Assembly: GCA_965603825.1 (NCBI GenBank)
Contig: CBFDEM010000052.1
Location: forward strand, 434,001 to 498,000
Length of the DNA stretch: 64,000 nt
Reading direction: 5' to 3'
Source: Blepharisma stoltei ATCC 30299
Lineage: Eukaryota; Protista; Ciliophora
Below, piece by piece: positions 60,193 through 64,000 of the stretch. Position numbers and translations under genes: made by a program. Each line of letters opens with the position of its first letter. Position 1 is the first letter of the stretch. The notes under the pieces were generated by a model. The model did not search any database, had not been told where the DNA came from, and worked only from the letters and a program-made list of their open reading frames with translations.

Positions 60193-60789
60193 TTACTTAT
60201 ACTTAACTTTGTGAACTCCAATTGAGCAAGTTGGAAGCTTCATAAAATCGTCCCAGTCCCATGCTTCCGCGTTGCAGCAAGTCCAAAACTTTTTTACATC
60301 GTGAAATCCAGGGCCACTTGAATGATAATGGCAGCTTCCTTCAATATTTTCTTCTAAGCTAAAATTTTTATTGCACCCAAAATTGGCACAGACGTAAAGC
60401 CCATCTTTCATAACAGGCATTTTTTCTTGTGTTTTCTTATTTTCCGCTTCTTTTCTCCTTTTTTCTTCCATTTCTTTTTCAAAATCTTCAATTGATCTTA
60501 CTTTATTGGTTTCTTCTCTTTGAATTGCTCGCTCTGCATTGCTTACCGTATTTGATTTATAGAAATTTGTGTCTTTTTTCTGGTCTGAGTGCGCTCCGAC
60601 TTGGCAACCTCTAATTTGTTGAAATTCGTCCCAGTCATAAACAACTCTATTGCAGCATGAATAGCCTTTTTTTATATCGTGGAAAATAACTGGGCCTAAA
60701 TGATAGTGGCAAGCTGTGTCATTATTTTCGCTTGCCAGATATGATTGATTGCAGCCGAGGTTTGTGCATTTGACTGGTGGTTCGACCAT
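60193..60789 (-). CDS. CHORD-domain protein (RAR1-like: two CHORDs, no CS domain)
   Basis: CTNLGC..CHYHLGPVIFHDIKKGYSCC and CANFGC..CHYHSSGPGFHDVKKFWTCC. Confidence 0.93.
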   Translation of the reverse strand: MVEPPVKCTNLGCNQSYLASENNDTACHYHLGPVIFHDIKKGYSCCNRVVYDWDEFQQIRGCQVGAHSDQKKDTNFYKSNTVSNAERAIQREETNKVRSIEDFEKEMEEKRRKEAENKKTQEKMPVMKDGLYVCANFGCNKNFSLEENIEGSCHYHSSGPGFHDVKKFWTCCNAEAWDWDDFMKLPTCSIGVHKVKYK

Positions 60790-60938
60790 TTTCCAGAATT
60801 ATTTATAATCTATTGTATTTTTTATATCAGCCACTTTGCTATTTTGGAGCGTCCTAATCTCTTCAAATCTTCACGTGCTAAATTAGAGAGTATTTAAAAA
60901 ATAGGCAAATTTATAATATAATATGGTTTATGTCAAAA

Positions 60939-61979
60939 TTAAGATTTTTCATTGAAGCGGACTTCTTCTTGGTTTTCCAAATCTTCTTGAGCTTCTTTTG
61001 AATACAATTCAATGTCAAGTTTTCGACTATGGATTTCCACACCAGCTTGAGGTGTGAATGATCCTTTTACATTACCAATTATATGAGAAGGTGTTACTGA
61101 TTCAGATTTGCTTTCGATTATTAATGAATCTTCTTTTTCGTTATTTTCTTTATTAAATGAAGCACTTCGCGGATCAACTAATACCAATTCTCCATCTTCG
61201 ATTTCAAGCATATTTACAAGTTTTTCATAATCCTCTCCGCCACATAAATCATTAAATTCTGCCTTTGTTAGCATAAGACTAAAACTATCTGTTGTATCAA
61301 CCTCATATACCAAAATTTTCAATTTTCTGTCTATTTTTTACCTTTTTCCTTTGCTGACTTCTATCAAAAAATTCCTCCCACCTATATTCATTCTTTTTTT
61401 GAAGCATATATTTTTATCTATTTTTGAGCCTAATGGTGACAGCCTTCCTTTTCCACTTGCAGGACTTCTTGGGACAATGCTGACGATTTTTCGATCTAAA
61501 TTATTTTTCTTATATAATCTTCTTCCTCCTAATGTATATGGATATTCGCACATATAATGAAGCCTTTTTTCTGATTCTCGTCTTTCTTCTTCTCACTTAT
61601 TTACGTTATAATGTGGAAGTTTGTCTTGGAGTCTTTTTAATAAAGCTTGGTTTTCTTCAGTGATTTGAACAAGTTTACGTTTCCTCACAGCGAGATTTAA
61701 ACTTTTTTTATGGGTCTGGGAAAAAGACCGATTTCCTCGGGTATTCATGATGTGGGACATTTTTTCAAGTAAAAGCCGATTTTCACGTTCAATTTCGGTG
61801 AATCGCTCTTCTGTTAGTTGATCTTTTTTAGGCTTGTGCTTTAATTGGCCAAAAGTTACAGGACAGCTTTTATCGATTGCGGATTTTATTCTACGAAGCT
61901 TGTTATAGTGGATTTGCATTGTATGTTCGTCCCATCTCTTAGAGAGGTGTTTGTTGCAGACTGGAATTGATCTGAACAT
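60939..61979 (-). CDS. CFAP97/hemingway-domain ciliary protein (1 micro-intron)
   Basis: EERFTEIERENRLLLEKM..SLN..RKRKLVQITEENQALLKRLQ..YNVNKW(TGA)EEE. Intron at 61327-61341. Confidence 0.85.
61327..61341 (-). other. 15-nt intron GTAAAAAATAGACAG
   Basis: Removal deletes an in-frame TAA and joins two ORF pieces. Confidence 0.88.
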
Positions 61980-62589
61980 CGTTAAGTATTAAAATGGAAA
62001 ATTACTTAATTCAAGTTAATTTTTGGTGAAAATTAAAATTTGTATGGTTTTTATTATAGAGCCAATATTTAGAAAGAGATTATTAAATATATAGTAAAAT
62101 TAATGCTAAGAAATATAACTGCTAACTAAGCTATTTTCTTCACAAGAATGTTATATTGCAATATACATTCTATTATGAGAATTAAATAATTTATTAAATC
62201 TTATAAGTAAAAATCCTTGATTAATTACAATCAAAATGGAAAAATAAATGGAAAAATTAAAGGAAAGAGCTTAGGTTCACCCAATAAATTGTAGCTAAAT
62301 ACTTTTTTATGATCAGATTTCTCTTTCAGAGCTTTACAATCATCACTAATAGTAATCTCGCAAAAGATTTTGAATTATAGTTAATCTAATAAAAAATAAC
62401 CAACCTAATTAATCCCAGATTTTCCCTTTCCAAAATAAACCCTAATTTACTTCCTAAATTGCCAACCAGCCACTTAAAAAATATCCAAACTTTTTATTAC
62501 TCCAAAACACTATTAATTTTATCCCAAAAACAGTCACTCTAGTATTCGTTTTTATTTCACATTCTCTTAAATTATTGGTGTTATAAAAA

Positions 62590-63144
62590 ATGTCCAAGAA
62601 AGCCAAGTATGTGTCTGAAAGCGCTACCAGAGACGCCAAAAGAGGTGGATCAAGAGGAAAATCCCCTGGCAGAGGCAAACAAGCTGAGGCTCCAGACACC
62701 TCAAACTTGACCCAAGACGAAATCAATGAAATCAAGGAAGCCTTCGATCTCTTTGATTCCGATAATTCAGGCACCATTGATCCAAAAGAAATCAACGCTG
62801 CACTTGCATCCTTAGGACAAGATAAAACCCCAACCATCTTCAGACTGCTTGCTGGCATTGAAGAACTCGGCGCTGCCATTACCTTCGATGACTTCTTAGG
62901 CCATATCAGCGAAAGGCTTGGCCACAGAAACACTAAGGACGGAATCAAAAGAATTTTCGACCTATTTGACGCAGATGGCTCAGAAACAATTAACGTCAAA
63001 AATCTTGCCAGAGTTGCCAGAGAGCTAGGAGAAAGCATGACTGAAGAAGAACTCCAAGAAGCCTTGGCTAAGGTGTCAGCTGATAAGACATCAATGACTT
63101 TTGATGATTTCTATACAGTTATGACCAAGAAGATTTATGGCTAA
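62590..63144 (+). CDS. Centrin-family EF-hand protein
   Basis: LTQDEINEIKEAFDLFDSDNSGTIDPKE and NLARVARELGESMTEEELQE. Confidence 0.93.
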   Translation: MSKKAKYVSESATRDAKRGGSRGKSPGRGKQAEAPDTSNLTQDEINEIKEAFDLFDSDNSGTIDPKEINAALASLGQDKTPTIFRLLAGIEELGAAITFDDFLGHISERLGHRNTKDGIKRIFDLFDADGSETINVKNLARVARELGESMTEEELQEALAKVSADKTSMTFDDFYTVMTKKIYG

Positions 63145-63366
63145 CTTAACAATATTTAAACATAATAATGGTTATTATGGGGAAGATAATGGGAGAAATA
63201 AGCATTTTTAAAAATATTAAGCATTTTGGAATTAATTTCAAAATCAGAGTAATTATTATTCATAAATAGCTCAAAATATAGATATAGAAGAGGGTGCAGT
63301 TATGATCATGAAAATTGAGTAACTGATTTGATTATATTAAATTATTAAATTAGAAAATTACAGTGA

Positions 63367-64000
63367 ATGGGCTGCAGCTGCATTAAACCAGATTTAGGAA
63401 AAGGCTCAGGCTATATAGTACCAGAAAACCTGTTTCAAGACCCAAACAAGCGAGATTTCAGCAAAATATCGACAAGATTCCCGTACCCAGGATCGACAGG
63501 GCCTAAGCAAAGACATAAGAAGCCTATAATTGATCTAAGGAGATTGATGTACGCTAATTCTGAAGCAAGCTCAGCAACCGTGAATGATAGAGAAAAAGGC
63601 AAAGAAGACGTGAGATTAATACTGGAAGTCATCAATAAGCATTCTATCTTGCAAAATCTCGACGAGGATAGTAAAATCGCACTTGTCAAAAATATGAAAT
63701 TCTATGAAATAGGGCCGAGGGAGATGATTTTTGAGCAGGGACAGCCTGGGTTTTGCTTTTATGTGCTATTTTCAGGGAGGGTAGAGCTGAGAGTAGACAA
63801 TGAAAGAAAAGCGATCCTTAAAGCAGGTTCCGGATTTGGAGAACTAGCTTTACTTGACGACAGACCTCGCTCCGCAACAGTCCGAACCATTGAGCGCTGC
63901 TCCCTGTGAGGGGTAGATCGCCAAACATTTAAAGAAGCTGTTAAAAAAGTAACTGCTTTAAACTATGAAGAAAACAAGACTTTTATCGAAAGCGTCCCAC
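63367..64000 (+). CDS. Cyclic-nucleotide-binding protein, probably cGMP-dependent protein kinase (5' part only)
   Basis: MGCSC, IFEQGQPG, GFGELALLDDRPRSATV, SLW(TGA)GVDRQTF. Any kinase domain would lie beyond the window. Confidence 0.85.

Noticed and set aside
544-63689. Many short ORFs antisense to or overlapping real genes (e.g. 14785-15312, 15530-15922, 55274-55870, 62454-63038, 59579-59995)
   Set aside because: These are shadow frames of well-supported genes with no independent motifs.
1-64000. CRISPR arrays, rRNA/tRNA genes, telomeric repeats, intact transposases
   Set aside because: None was recognised by eye. A tRNAscan/Infernal/repeat search would be needed to exclude small elements.

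Overview
This is gene-dense, AT-rich eukaryotic nuclear DNA, not prokaryotic. Two features are visible directly. (1) TGA is read as Trp: the ORF track is broken at TGA codons that sit at conserved Trp positions of MORN, WD40, MIR, ACBP, FHA, kinase and cNMP domains, while all genes traced to their ends stop at TAA or TAG. (2) Spliceosomal introns are tiny, 15-16 nt GT..AG with an A at position 10. Together these point to the macronuclear genome of a heterotrich ciliate, most likely Blepharisma (inference). Re-reading with UGA=Trp and the micro-introns gives about 41 protein genes. They include a >2500-aa IP3R/RyR-type Ca2+ channel with an internal EF-hand pair, TBL1-like, importin beta, two calmodulin-like proteins, an NDK-domain protein, a mitotic cyclin, methylmalonyl-CoA mutase, a tandem Venus-flytrap multi-TM receptor, FHA-PP2C, EIPR1, DYRK, a CTD phosphatase, eL42, DLD, NHX, DnaJ, CHORD, centrin and a PKG-like gene. 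Several larger gaps hold decayed pseudogenes. The main leads are the absence of UGA-Trp near 3' ends and from some housekeeping genes, stop-free in-frame micro-introns, 0-14 nt intergenic gaps, and several catalytically altered proteins. No rRNA, tRNA, CRISPR array, telomeric repeat or intact transposon was recognised. All counts were made by hand.
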